Positions 17,840 through 27,159 of a stretch of DNA of 64,000 bases are shown here, one piece after another; within the stretch, counting starts at the first letter, position 1; each line of letters begins with the position of its first letter. The position numbers and the translations under genes were made by a program. Under the pieces are notes generated by a model that ran no database searches, was not told where the DNA came from, and saw nothing but the letters and a program-made list of their open reading frames with translations. The DNA is from a virus, in the IMG/VR virus record IMGVR_UViG_3300036045_000002, positions 16,086-80,085 of that record. One strand, 5' to 3'.

Positions 17840-18730
17840 GTCCTTGCCGGCGGACGAGGCGGGATTTCCGCCGGTAGGAAAATTTCCACAAATTTCCTGT
17901 TTTCGGGTGGTTTTGACCGGTTTTTCGGGCCAATCTCCGGAAAATTTTGGCGTGTCGGCTTGTAGGCTGCGAGAATTCGGCAAGGCCGGCAAAATTTTGG
18001 TAGCCTGGCTGGAACTTGCGATCACTTCGACGGCCACACGCACGTCGTTTCATTGGTTGACACGCACACTTTATATTGCGCACGTACACGCACGCGATCA
18101 AACGACAGCGCTGCCAAGCACTCGCTAGACAATGCGTGCGTGTACAGACGTAATCAAACAACACTAAGCGCGTACGTCTGCGTGCGCAACGTAAGCAGTA
18201 ATGACCGGTCGAGTCGGCGCTCGCACGACCGGCACACGTCAGTGCGAGCGTGCTACACTGCGTACACATACATGCGCTGTCTCTAGACGTTACGAACATG
18301 TGCATGCGCTGTCTAGACACAACACGCTCTGACATCAGTGCTGAGAAACTGCGTGCGCATGCGTGCGCAACGAACTACGCAATGACATCGCTTCGCGTAA
18401 TTGCGTGCGCACAAATGCGCAGTGAACTGCGCAGTGTCGCACTACGTTATACGCACTCGCTGCGCCCCCTCGCAGCGCCCCCACACACTACGTTTGCTCA
18501 CAGACGCGATTAGCTCGCATCTGCTGCGTTTCTGTGCGTGCGCTGTGTCTAGACTCGTCTGCGCCCCGCGCCCCGCAGACGCGAGCTAATGCGAAATTCG
18601 CGACTTCGCGGAATTTCGTGGCCGCGCGGCCGCGATTGGCGCGGCCCTTGCATTACATATGTGCGTCGGGGGCAGACAGCACAAGCGGGCACTTCGCTCG
18701 CACGCGAGGGCCCCCGACGCAGGTCAGGAG
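17840..18730. other. Non-coding control/terminal region with anomalous composition
   Basis: AAAATTTT-type tracts at 17860-18000, then a GG/CC-depleted alternating purine-pyrimidine block; lies between divergent genes. Confidence 0.7.
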
Positions 18731-18736
18731 TTCGTC

Positions 18737-19168
18737 ATGGGTAGCGCGAAGAAGGCGGCGGTCGCGAGCAAGAAGACCCCCAAGGTGGTGGCCGCGCCGG
18801 TTCAGGCCGAGCCGCAGAAGGTCGAGGTCGCGGAGGTCAAGGTCACGACGACGAAGGCCCAGGTCGGGGCGGACGCGCTGCGGGGGCGGGTCAGCTGCCG
18901 CACGCACGCGATGCACGAGGTGCTGGTCGAGGCGTTCAAGAAGGGGTCGCTGGTGAGCACGAAGGACATCGTCGCGGGGGCCCGGGCGCTCCTGGGCGAG
19001 GGGCACGCGAGCTTCGCGAAGCTGGACAAGACGGCCCCCTCGCACCTGAACACGATGAAGGGCCGGGGGTACGTGGAGCGGGTCACGCTCGCGGGGGGCG
19101 ACGGGGTCAGCAGCACAGGGTGGCGGCTGACGGCCGCGGGCGCGAAGCTGGTCGGGCTCGGCGGCTAA
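18737..19168 (+). CDS. Lys/Ala-rich protein with a C-terminal winged helix
   Basis: ATG after AGGAG; 'TAPSHLNTMKGRGYVERV...WRLT'. Confidence 0.7.
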   Translation: MGSAKKAAVASKKTPKVVAAPVQAEPQKVEVAEVKVTTTKAQVGADALRGRVSCRTHAMHEVLVEAFKKGSLVSTKDIVAGARALLGEGHASFAKLDKTAPSHLNTMKGRGYVERVTLAGGDGVSSTGWRLTAAGAKLVGLGG

Positions 19169-19243
19169 GACGCACGAGGAGCGCCCCCCACGGGGGGCGC
19201 TCGCTCTCACCCTCAACCTCACACTCTCTCAGGAGACAAGGTC

Positions 19244-19396
19244 ATGGTCTGGGTGCTCTACGCGACGCGGTGCTTCACGCACGAGGCGGGCCGGTTCGCC
19301 ACGCTAGTCGAGGCCTGGCGGCACATGGAACGGCTGGAGCGGACGAACAACAAGGACGGGTACTTCAAGTTCCACATCGCGCCGGCGGCGGCCTGA
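19244..19396 (+). CDS. 50-aa hypothetical protein
   Basis: AGGAGA RBS; MVWVLYATRCFTHEAGRFATLVEAWRHMERL...; below the ORF-track cutoff. Confidence 0.55.
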   Translation: MVWVLYATRCFTHEAGRFATLVEAWRHMERLERTNNKDGYFKFHIAPAAA

Positions 19397-19539
19397 GCCG
19401 CTCGCGCCGGGCTAGGTCGTCCCTCGGACGTACGGAAGCGCGTCCGAGGGCTTTTTCACCTACGGCCGAGCGGTCGAAAGGACGTGCGACCGCGAACCGG
19501 CCACGCCAGGCGAACGGCCGCACGAAACCTACGCCTCGC

Positions 19540-19712
19540 ACGACCTAAGGTGCGCTCGACCCAAGGTCACCAGTCGAGGTCAGGTGCTCGACCAAAGGTC
19601 GGCGTTGACCAGTCGACCTGAGGTGGAAACCTGCGGAGCGCCCGACCCAAGGTCCTGGTACCGGTAATTCGCGGTCGGGACCGGTTTCTGCCGGGTGCTC
19701 GACCAAAGGTCT
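19540..19712. repeat. Cluster of six GACCnnAGGT iteron-like motifs
   Basis: gacctaaggt, gacccaaggt, gaccaaaggt, gacctgaggt, gacccaaggt, gaccaaaggt, several preceded by GCTC. Confidence 0.75.
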
Positions 19713-20148
19713 GGTTTCGCCGGTTTTTAGCGGAAGTGAGTGGTGCGTACCGCAGTGACGGAAATGACCGGTTTTTACCGGCGTGGTCAGGTTGGTCTGG
19801 TCAGGTGACTAAAAATGCGCCTGCCCCGAGAGGGGGCGCTCCGGACGAAAGTCACGGTCAGGCTACACCTGTCATACCCACACGACCAGCGTACCTGGTC
19901 TGCACACGGCCTAAGGCGTACACGCACGCCTCCTCAGGCGTGGAGCCACGCACGAGACTAGGTGGGAGATCCGGTACAGGGTGTTGACGCCGTTTCGACC
20001 TCCCACGACCTCACTTTTCCTCGATCCTTCTAGGCGGATTTGATTTCCAATTGACCGAATTGCGGTTTCGACTTCCTGCCATGCTTTTCCAGGCGTCCGA
20101 ATCACGGTTGCGCTTCCAATTTACCAACTGACCACAACCACGACCGGG

Positions 20149-21888
20149 TTAGACGAGAGGCGTCAGACACCCGATGCCTCCTATCTGGACTTTCCGTTTG
20201 CCACACACCGAGAAGGCGAGGGCGGCGGAGTCCACCTGGTCCTTGTACCTCCCGAACGGGAAATACTTGTGCTCCTCGACCCAGTTCTCCGCCCAGTCCT
20301 TCCAGGAGTTGGAAATCACGTCCCACTGGTGCTCCGGGAGGTAGACGTTGCCGGCGTTCACCTGGACGCTCCAGGGGTCCGCCCGCTCCTCCTTGCCGCC
20401 CGTCGTCTTGTCCACCTTGATGATGGTCACCCGGTAGCCTCTCAGCGTCCTGGTCGCCGTGTTCTCCGCGCTCTCCTTGCCGCCACTCCCAGGTTCTTGT
20501 TCCACGACCACGCGGACCTTGTACCCGTCCAGTTCGGCCGTCCTCCGGATGAGTTGCTCCCGCTCGAAGCTGTCGTGCCGGAACCTGGTCACGTCCAACA
20601 CCCAGAACCGGCCGTCCGTATCGAGTCCTAGAAGAGTCCCGACCGTGAAAGCGCCCCCGGCCGCCGTGCCGGCCTTGTCCCACGACCTCACAAGATTCTG
20701 CCACTTGTCCGGAGGGCTGCCGTGTTTCAGGCGGTTGACCTTGAACCGTTCGCCTTCCGCCGGGACCGGGTCCTGGAGGAACTGCGAGGCGTAGTATTGC
20801 CCCCCCTTCTGCTTCTCCTCCTTGAGGACTTCCGAGTCCAGGCGGTCGGCGTCCAGGAGGCCGGACTTGTACATCGCCCGGACTTCCGACGGCCGGACGT
20901 TCGGGCCGTCCTCCGCAGGAAGGCAGACGTGACGGACTTTACGCCTCTTGAGGAAGAGGGTCGTCGGGTCGTCCTGGTGGAGGCGTTGCATGACCAGGAT
21001 CATCACCGACACCTTCTTGTCCACCTTCCGGTTGGAGAGCTGCCGGTCGATCCAGTAGTTCACCGTCTTCAGGTCGGCGTCCGACCGTGACTTCAGCGGG
21101 TCGAGGGGGTCGTCTATCGCGATGACGTGGGCGTGCATCCCGGTGACCGTGCCGTTCACCCCGACCGCGTACCGGTACCCGCCGTGGGTGTTCTTGAAGT
21201 ACGTCTTGGTGTTCTGGTCTTCCCGGAGTTTGATCTCCGGGAAGAGCTCCTGGAACCTCTCGGACTGGACGATGTCCCGGGACTTGAGCGACAGGTCGAG
21301 GGCCAGGGTCTCCGAGTAGGAAGCGCCGATGTACCGGCAACTCGGCATGTTCACCCAGCACCAGACCGGGAGCATGACCGAGATGATCGTGGACTTGGTC
21401 GTCCCGGGGGGGATGTTGACGACCAGGTCGTAGAGCTTACCTTTCCCCTCGAAAATCCTCTCGGCCACCAGCTGGAGTTGCTCGCACAGGTACCGGATGT
21501 GCCAGTTCCACACCGGTTTCTCCGCGATGACCACGTCCCAGAAGATCCGGACGAAGTCGTAGAACGAGTCCCGGGCCAGCGACCGTTCCAACTCCTGGCG
21601 GGTGAAGGAAGGCCCCCGGTGTTGGTTCGGTTCCGGTTTCTTCCCGAATAATCTAGACCGGATCTGGCCGGCCTTCCTGGCGCGGACGCGCTTGCGGACG
21701 AGGTGGAGGAGGCGACGCACCTGGCGGATGTCGTGCTTCCGGCGTGTTTCCAACGCCTCAGGCAGTGCCTGTCCGATTCCTTTCAGGCGAGGCGGGATTT
21801 CTGTCAGGCGAGACTCGGAGTCGGACAGGAGCGATTTGTGACGCTTCCTGAGACTGGTGTACGGCAGGACCGACTTCATGGTGGTCAC
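20149..21888 (-). CDS. terL: Terminase large subunit
   Basis: Walker A-like 'IPPGTTKST', Walker B 'VIAIDDP', 'MQRLHQDD', nuclease motifs 'RSWDKA' and 'FPFGRYKDQVDS'. Confidence 0.92.
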   Translation of the reverse strand: MTTMKSVLPYTSLRKRHKSLLSDSESRLTEIPPRLKGIGQALPEALETRRKHDIRQVRRLLHLVRKRVRARKAGQIRSRLFGKKPEPNQHRGPSFTRQELERSLARDSFYDFVRIFWDVVIAEKPVWNWHIRYLCEQLQLVAERIFEGKGKLYDLVVNIPPGTTKSTIISVMLPVWCWVNMPSCRYIGASYSETLALDLSLKSRDIVQSERFQELFPEIKLREDQNTKTYFKNTHGGYRYAVGVNGTVTGMHAHVIAIDDPLDPLKSRSDADLKTVNYWIDRQLSNRKVDKKVSVMILVMQRLHQDDPTTLFLKRRKVRHVCLPAEDGPNVRPSEVRAMYKSGLLDADRLDSEVLKEEKQKGGQYYASQFLQDPVPAEGERFKVNRLKHGSPPDKWQNLVRSWDKAGTAAGGAFTVGTLLGLDTDGRFWVLDVTRFRHDSFEREQLIRRTAELDGYKVRVVVEQEPGSGGKESAENTATRTLRGYRVTIIKVDKTTGGKEERADPWSVQVNAGNVYLPEHQWDVISNSWKDWAENWVEEHKYFPFGRYKDQVDSAALAFSVCGKRKVQIGGIGCLTPLV

Positions 21889-21889
21889 G

Positions 21890-22654
21890 TCACTCCTCCT
21901 TCGCGGGCAGTACCCGGTCGCCGTCCCGGTCCCGGATCTTCTGGAGGAGCTTGCGCCGCTCCTCCACCGGGAGGTCGAGGTCGTCCAACGTAACGACCGC
22001 GTGCCCGACTTGCCCCCGGACGTTCACGTCCACAGACTTCCGCACTTCCTTCTTCGTCCCGTACCCGCGGTCGGCGTTGTACGTCTGGTTGACGAACTTG
22101 ACGAGGGCCGGGTCGCCGGCCTTGACCAGGGAGATGAGTTGGGCCTCGAAGAAGTTCTTCTTGTGCCAGTCCATCTCCCGGACGAGTTCCCCGAACCCCG
22201 GGTCGTCCGTGACCCACCGGTCGAAGGTGATCTTCCGGATGTTGACGGCCCGGCAGGCCTCGGTCGCGTTCCAGTTGTAATGCACGAGGGCGTGGAGGAA
22301 GAGGTGTTGGCGGCCCCGCTTCCCGCAGTCCTTGAGCATCCGTTCCACGTAGGTAATCGGGTTGTTGGTCGGGTCCAGGATGGCCTCCCACACTGGCTTC
22401 AGGTGCTCCGGGAGTTGGTCGTAGACGTACTCCATGTACGTCTGCGCCCCGGCGTCGGCCCTGCGGGCCTCGTCTAAGGCGTACTTGACGGAGTCCCGCT
22501 CCCGCTTCCACTTCCTGAAGGTCGTTTCCGGCACCCCGAGAGCCTTAGCGACGTCCCGGTCGGACATCCCGGTCTTGGCCAGGCGGTAGACGATGAGGGG
22601 GGTCTTGTCCGTGAAGATCCGGTCAGGATGGTCTTTCTTGGTCTTGGCTTTCAC
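21890..22654 (-). CDS. terS: Terminase small subunit (HTH)
   Basis: HTH 'SDRDVAKALGVPETTFRKW'; directly upstream of terL. Confidence 0.75.
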   Translation of the reverse strand: MKAKTKKDHPDRIFTDKTPLIVYRLAKTGMSDRDVAKALGVPETTFRKWKRERDSVKYALDEARRADAGAQTYMEYVYDQLPEHLKPVWEAILDPTNNPITYVERMLKDCGKRGRQHLFLHALVHYNWNATEACRAVNIRKITFDRWVTDDPGFGELVREMDWHKKNFFEAQLISLVKAGDPALVKFVNQTYNADRGYGTKKEVRKSVDVNVRGQVGHAVVTLDDLDLPVEERRKLLQKIRDRDGDRVLPAKEE

Positions 22655-22788
22655 CGGTTTTCTCCGGAGGGTGTGGTGGGACGCCGGAAGTGAGTCTAAC
22701 CCGCGAGGCCGAAAGTGTCAACGTGGGGTCAGTAAGCCTGCCGGTCATTTCCCGTCAATTCCCAGCGAATTTAGCCTGAAGATTCCCG

Positions 22789-22846
22789 TTGTAGTGGTTC
22801 GCGTAATTGCGTATGCTCACGCACGCTGGGCGCACGGCGCGCCCAG
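22789..22846 (+). promoter_or_regulatory. Sigma70-like promoter plus ACGGC-loop hairpin
   Basis: TTGTAG-17-TATGCT, then ctgggcgc-acggc-gcgcccag. Confidence 0.65.
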
Positions 22847-22899
22847 ACAAGGGCGCGAGACGCGCCAATCTAACCACAGAGTCCGTCGTGATTACGACC

Positions 22900-23157
22900 A
22901 TGTCCGAACACGAAATCTACCAGAACATCCTGGGGCCCGTGTACGAGCGCACCAAGAGCATGGCGGTCGCGCCCGACGAGGTGGACGAGATGGAGTGGTT
23001 CTGCAAGTGCGCCGACACGCCGGTCCAGCACGAGATGCACACGAGAGAGGCCGGGGGTCTCGTGGACGAGGTGATGTACGTCCTGGAGCACGGCTACCAG
23101 GCGTTGCTCGACATGGAGATGGAAGCCGCCTACGACCGATACTACAACTACAACTGA
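22900..23157 (+). CDS. Acidic hypothetical protein
   Basis: MSEHEIYQN...; first gene after the promoter (alternative GTG at 22888). Confidence 0.6.
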   Translation: MSEHEIYQNILGPVYERTKSMAVAPDEVDEMEWFCKCADTPVQHEMHTREAGGLVDEVMYVLEHGYQALLDMEMEAAYDRYYNYN

Positions 23158-23167
23158 GGAGAAGGTC

Positions 23168-23365
23168 ATGGAAGACTGCCAGCGATGCGAAGCCCTCAAG
23201 AGCGCAGGCAAGGTCCTGAGGTGCCGGAAGTGCCTGTTCGACCCGTTCTTCGAGGACGCGCCCCGAGCGCCCCGCGACGACATCGCAAACCCCGCGCCAG
23301 ATCGCGTAGCGTCGCGTCTGGCGCGTTTCCGCGACGCAGACGAGACGAGTCACACGTTCGCGTAG
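23168..23365 (+). CDS. Small Cys-containing protein
   Basis: GAGGAG RBS; CxxC...CxxC. Confidence 0.5.
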   Translation: MEDCQRCEALKSAGKVLRCRKCLFDPFFEDAPRAPRDDIANPAPDRVASRLARFRDADETSHTFA

Positions 23366-23394
23366 GTCGTCGATTCTACGCGATTCTAGAGCGT
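23284..23394. repeat. Dispersed palindromic TCTAGA element, copy A
   Basis: cgcaaaccccgcgccagatcgc...cgcgtctggcgcg...cgcgattctagagcg. Confidence 0.75.
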
Positions 23395-23400
23395 TCAGGA

Positions 23401-24417
23401 ATGAAACCGGTCGTCCTCTACTACCGTGGCCAGAAACTCACCATCAAAAGGAGTGACCTCGTGTCCAGGCGCAAGCAGACCACCCACCAGCAGGCCGTCG
23501 TCAAGACCATCAAGGCCATGTCCGGCGGGACGACCTTCGACAAGGTGCCGAAGGAGATGAAGCGCAACAACCTGCCAGGCCTCAGGTCCGAGGACAGCTT
23601 CTTCGGCGTGGTCAGGTCGTACTTCAAGTACCGCGACTACTCCGACCATACCGACCCGATGCCAGCACCGGAGGACACAAACGTCAGGTACACAGAGCCC
23701 GCACTCGACCAACCGGACGCGAAACCGATCACCCTGGCCCACCGCGAGTACCTGGACGAGAAGGACGACACCATCGTCCGGTGCACTGCGAACAAAATCG
23801 TGTCCAACTATGACGAACTGCCTCAGGACGTCCGCACACGGCTCAGGAACACCAAGGACGCGACGGCGATCAGACCTGAATTCCTAGACGGTGTGGTCGG
23901 GCCGTTATTCTACCGAACAATGGAACTCACCGCCGAGCACCTCTGGTCCGTCCGCCTCAACCCCAGCATCCCGCTGGGTATCGTCCTCGACTGGCTGGAG
24001 ACCAAGGAACTGCACTACGACCTGGAAGGGCACTTCGGGGCGACGGCAATGAGGGGCAAGAACGAGCAGGTAGTAAGGATTCACCTACTCCTGACCGTCC
24101 AGGTCCCGCCAGGAGGCGGCGGGAACGCACACCGGTTCCCGCCGAGGCTCACGGTGCAGGACGAGCAGGAACTCCTCGGCCTGATGAGGCACGTCTACCA
24201 CGAGATTTACAACGACGCGACCGAAATCAGCGAGGACGAAGAGTCCATTAAGTTCATGGTCCCGGACTACCTGGAAACGTACCACACCATCTACAACCAT
24301 CACCGGTATGCCAAACCCCAGGACAGGAAGGAGGCGTTCGACCGGAACCGCGAATTGACCGCGCTGTTCTTCAAACTTCCGCGTGACGTCCAAGACCGAC
24401 TCCTCAGGAGCATCTGA
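23401..24417 (+). CDS. Hypothetical protein
   Basis: Likely start MKPVVLYY immediately after the repeat element. Confidence 0.7.
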   Translation: MKPVVLYYRGQKLTIKRSDLVSRRKQTTHQQAVVKTIKAMSGGTTFDKVPKEMKRNNLPGLRSEDSFFGVVRSYFKYRDYSDHTDPMPAPEDTNVRYTEPALDQPDAKPITLAHREYLDEKDDTIVRCTANKIVSNYDELPQDVRTRLRNTKDATAIRPEFLDGVVGPLFYRTMELTAEHLWSVRLNPSIPLGIVLDWLETKELHYDLEGHFGATAMRGKNEQVVRIHLLLTVQVPPGGGGNAHRFPPRLTVQDEQELLGLMRHVYHEIYNDATEISEDEESIKFMVPDYLETYHTIYNHHRYAKPQDRKEAFDRNRELTALFFKLPRDVQDRLLRSI

Positions 24418-24614
24418 TGACCTGCGTCAACTGCAACCAGACCATTCTGAACCTGAAGACGCTGTACTGGCAACCAGGGATTTGCGGCCACTGGTTCATG
24501 GTCTGTCCGCACTGCCCGTTGACCGTACCGTGCCCGGTCTGCGCCGGAAAGCCTCTGGTGCAACTCGACCAGCCGACCGACGCCGACACCCCCACCATCG
24601 TCCAGGAGACCTGA
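24417..24614 (+). CDS. Small Cys-rich zinc-finger protein
   Basis: CVNC, CGH, CPHC, CPVC. Confidence 0.6.
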   Translation: MTCVNCNQTILNLKTLYWQPGICGHWFMVCPHCPLTVPCPVCAGKPLVQLDQPTDADTPTIVQET

Positions 24615-24616
24615 CC

Positions 24617-24886
24617 GTGTACAACGCGAAAAGACCGGCCGACATCGTCCACTGCCAGCTGTGCGGGAAGGTCGTGGAGACCGGAAACTGGACGGCAGTC
24701 CGATTCCACGAGTGCAAGCACCGGTTCTACTGCTGCTGGCAGTGCGCCGAGTCGCCGGACGGCGTGTGCCCGAAGTGCGTGCCGAAGGGCGAGCTGGACT
24801 CGGACGCGGACACGGTCGCCGAACCGACCCCGTTAGCGAAAGATTCCGCCGGGAACGCCTTGGGAAGCTCCGAGTCTGCCGAGTAG
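24617..24886 (+). CDS. Small Cys-rich zinc-finger protein
   Basis: GTG after AGGAGA; CQLC, CKH, CWQC, CPKC. Confidence 0.6.
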   Translation: MYNAKRPADIVHCQLCGKVVETGNWTAVRFHECKHRFYCCWQCAESPDGVCPKCVPKGELDSDADTVAEPTPLAKDSAGNALGSSESAE

Positions 24887-24939
24887 CGTCAACGTCGGGC
24901 GCTGTGCGCCCCGAGAGTCACACCGACCAGGAGTCCGTG

Positions 24940-25167
24940 ATGCCGAGAACGTCCGCCAGCCGCTACTGCCGCGTCTGCCGTAAGCCGATCCCCAAGGAGC
25001 GGATCGCGGCCCTCCCGCAAACCACGACGTGCGTGTTCTGCTCCGACGAGGAGCCGACGCAAGGGCTGATAGAGTTCGGCCACAAGACCGCGCCGAGCCT
25101 GGTGATCCTCCCGAACGACCCGGAACAGCGACGCCGCGCCCGGAGGAGTTTCCGGCGGGCCCGCTGA
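24940..25167 (+). CDS. TraR/DksA C4 zinc-finger protein
   Basis: CRVCRKPIPKERIAALPQTTTCVFC matches the DksA/TraR finger pattern. Confidence 0.8.
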   Translation: MPRTSASRYCRVCRKPIPKERIAALPQTTTCVFCSDEEPTQGLIEFGHKTAPSLVILPNDPEQRRRARRSFRRAR

Positions 25168-25186
25168 TTCGCAGCCGAGACCAACC

Positions 25187-25450
25187 GTGCCGAAGACCAG
25201 GAACAACGACGTTGAAGTCCTCGCCACCTGGCTGTGCGGGGCGAGCCTCCAGAAGCCGGACGGGTTCGACACCCTCCGGCAGATCGTCCGCCAGGCCGCG
25301 GTTGACGCGGCCGAGATGTACGCGGACGAAGGCGAACTGAAAGGGGACGAGGACGAGCCGGCCGACCCGCTCGGGGTGCGGGACATCGTCGCGAGGTTCG
25401 CGACGGCCCTGGACGAGGACAAACGGCTCCGGGACGAGGAGGAGGAGTGA
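25187..25450 (+). CDS. Acidic hypothetical protein
   Basis: 87 aa; operon spacing. Confidence 0.55.
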   Translation: MPKTRNNDVEVLATWLCGASLQKPDGFDTLRQIVRQAAVDAAEMYADEGELKGDEDEPADPLGVRDIVARFATALDEDKRLRDEEEE

Positions 25451-26881
25451 GTGGGCTACTTCTCACCGCAAGACGTGGCGAACGTCGCGCTCGACCATCT
25501 CAAGGAGAACAAGTACACCGACGACCAAAGGTACGGGCTGAACACCGGGCAACTCCACCGGGCCGTCGTCAACAAGGACCGGGACAAGTACCAGAACCTC
25601 GACCACGCCGAGTTCCGGGCCATAATGAACCGGCTGCACTCGGCGGGGGTCGTCAAGCGGAGTGGGACCGGGAAGTTCGTCTGGCAGATTAGGAAGGAGG
25701 CCCTCGACTGGAACCGGACGTGGCCGTTCAAGAAGCTACCGACCGCGCCGGGGAACGAGCCTCCGGCCTACACCAACCCGAAGACCCACACCCACGACCA
25801 TCACGGACACCCGAACTTCCAGGAGAATTTCGAGGACGAGAAGCCTCAGTCCCAGCCGCCTCCCGACCTGAGTCACGTCCACGACCTGCTCGGCAAGCTG
25901 GCCCTCAAGCTCGCGGAGCACGAGGCCGTCCTCCAGGGGATCGCGCCCGTCCTGGCGACGATCATGGCCGAGGTTCAGGGGTTGAAGGACAGGAAGGACT
26001 CCCACGTCAAGGTACTCAAGGTCGAACTGCCCAACGGGAAGACGGTCAAGCTCAAGGACGTCGTCCTCCCGCGGGTGTTCGACCGGGTGTTCTCGCTCGC
26101 TAGGTGCCGGCGGAACATCATGCTGTTCGGCCCGGCCGGGTGCGGGAAGACGTACCTGGCGAAACTGGTCGCGGACTCGCTCGGCCTGGACTTCGGGTCG
26201 GTGAGTTGCACGGCCGGGATGTCCGAGTCACACCTGCTCGGCCGCACCGTGCCAGACCTGACGAAGGGGGAGAACGTGTTCCAGGGGGCCGCGTTCCTGG
26301 ACTGCTACGAAAAAGGAGGGGTCTACCTGTTCGACGAACTGGACGCGGCCGACCCGAACCTGCTCCTGTGCGTCAACACGGCCCTGGCGAACGGGTACTG
26401 TAACGTCCCGAACCGGCGGAAGAAGCCGCGGGCCGACCGGCACGAGGACTTCGTGTGCGTCGGCACGGCGAACACCGTCGGGCGGGGGGCGACCCGCATG
26501 TACCAGGGCCGGAACCAGCTGGACGAGGCGACGCTCGACAGGTTCCGGATCGGCATGGTCGAGTGCGACTACGACCCGAGCGTAGAACTGGCCGTGTGTC
26601 CGGACATCGGCGGCGAGGAGGGCCGCGCCTGGAACCCGCCCCTCAGGCAGAACGGCCACGACAACACCGTAGGCAAGCTCGTGTCACTCGGGTACAACCT
26701 CCGGCAGACGTGCCAGTTCGTCCGGCACAAAATCGAGCAGACCGGGATGCGGCGGATCATGAGCACCCGGTTCCTGGAGGACGCCTACGTCATGATGTCG
26801 GCCGGAGGGTGGGACCTGAAGACGGTGTTGGAGGCGTATTTCGAGGGCTGGACACCTGAAGAGAAGGCGAAGGTGACGTGA
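25451..26881 (+). CDS. MoxR/CobS-like AAA+ ATPase
   Basis: Walker A GPAGCGKT, Walker B YLFDELD, 'TANT', 'RNQLDEATLDRF'. Confidence 0.85.
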   Translation: MGYFSPQDVANVALDHLKENKYTDDQRYGLNTGQLHRAVVNKDRDKYQNLDHAEFRAIMNRLHSAGVVKRSGTGKFVWQIRKEALDWNRTWPFKKLPTAPGNEPPAYTNPKTHTHDHHGHPNFQENFEDEKPQSQPPPDLSHVHDLLGKLALKLAEHEAVLQGIAPVLATIMAEVQGLKDRKDSHVKVLKVELPNGKTVKLKDVVLPRVFDRVFSLARCRRNIMLFGPAGCGKTYLAKLVADSLGLDFGSVSCTAGMSESHLLGRTVPDLTKGENVFQGAAFLDCYEKGGVYLFDELDAADPNLLLCVNTALANGYCNVPNRRKKPRADRHEDFVCVGTANTVGRGATRMYQGRNQLDEATLDRFRIGMVECDYDPSVELAVCPDIGGEEGRAWNPPLRQNGHDNTVGKLVSLGYNLRQTCQFVRHKIEQTGMRRIMSTRFLEDAYVMMSAGGWDLKTVLEAYFEGWTPEEKAKVT

Positions 26882-27159
26882 TGCAAGGGCCGATCACCAT
26901 GCACGAGATCAACCTGGACCCGCTTCCGACGCGGGAGGAAGTTCGCGCCTTCGTCAGGTCGCTGACCGACCAGGACCGGGACGACCTGAAGATGCGGGTC
27001 GAGTTCATGACGTACCAGGAGGTCGAGGACTGGCGGGCGAAGGCGGCGCGCGAGAAGGACAGGCCGGCCTACCTGAAGTCGCTGTACGTTTGCACGGCGA
27101 AGATGATGAAGGACGGCGTCGTGGTCGCGGTCATCGGCCTGGTCGAGGGCGACAGGTGA
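26878..27159 (+). CDS. Hypothetical protein
   Basis: 93 aa; coupled to neighbouring genes. Confidence 0.55.
   Translation: MMQGPITMHEINLDPLPTREEVRAFVRSLTDQDRDDLKMRVEFMTYQEVEDWRAKAAREKDRPAYLKSLYVCTAKMMKDGVVVAVIGLVEGDR

Noticed and set aside
18057-18085. Perfect TTGACA hexamer
   Set aside because: No -10 box at 16-18 nt spacing
17777-18956. Cys/Arg-rich ORFs across the anomalous block
   Set aside because: They are translations of alternating purine-pyrimidine DNA, with no RBS and atypical codon usage
19540-19712. Possible CRISPR mini-array
   Set aside because: Repeats are ~10-14 bp, degenerate and irregularly spaced; no cas genes
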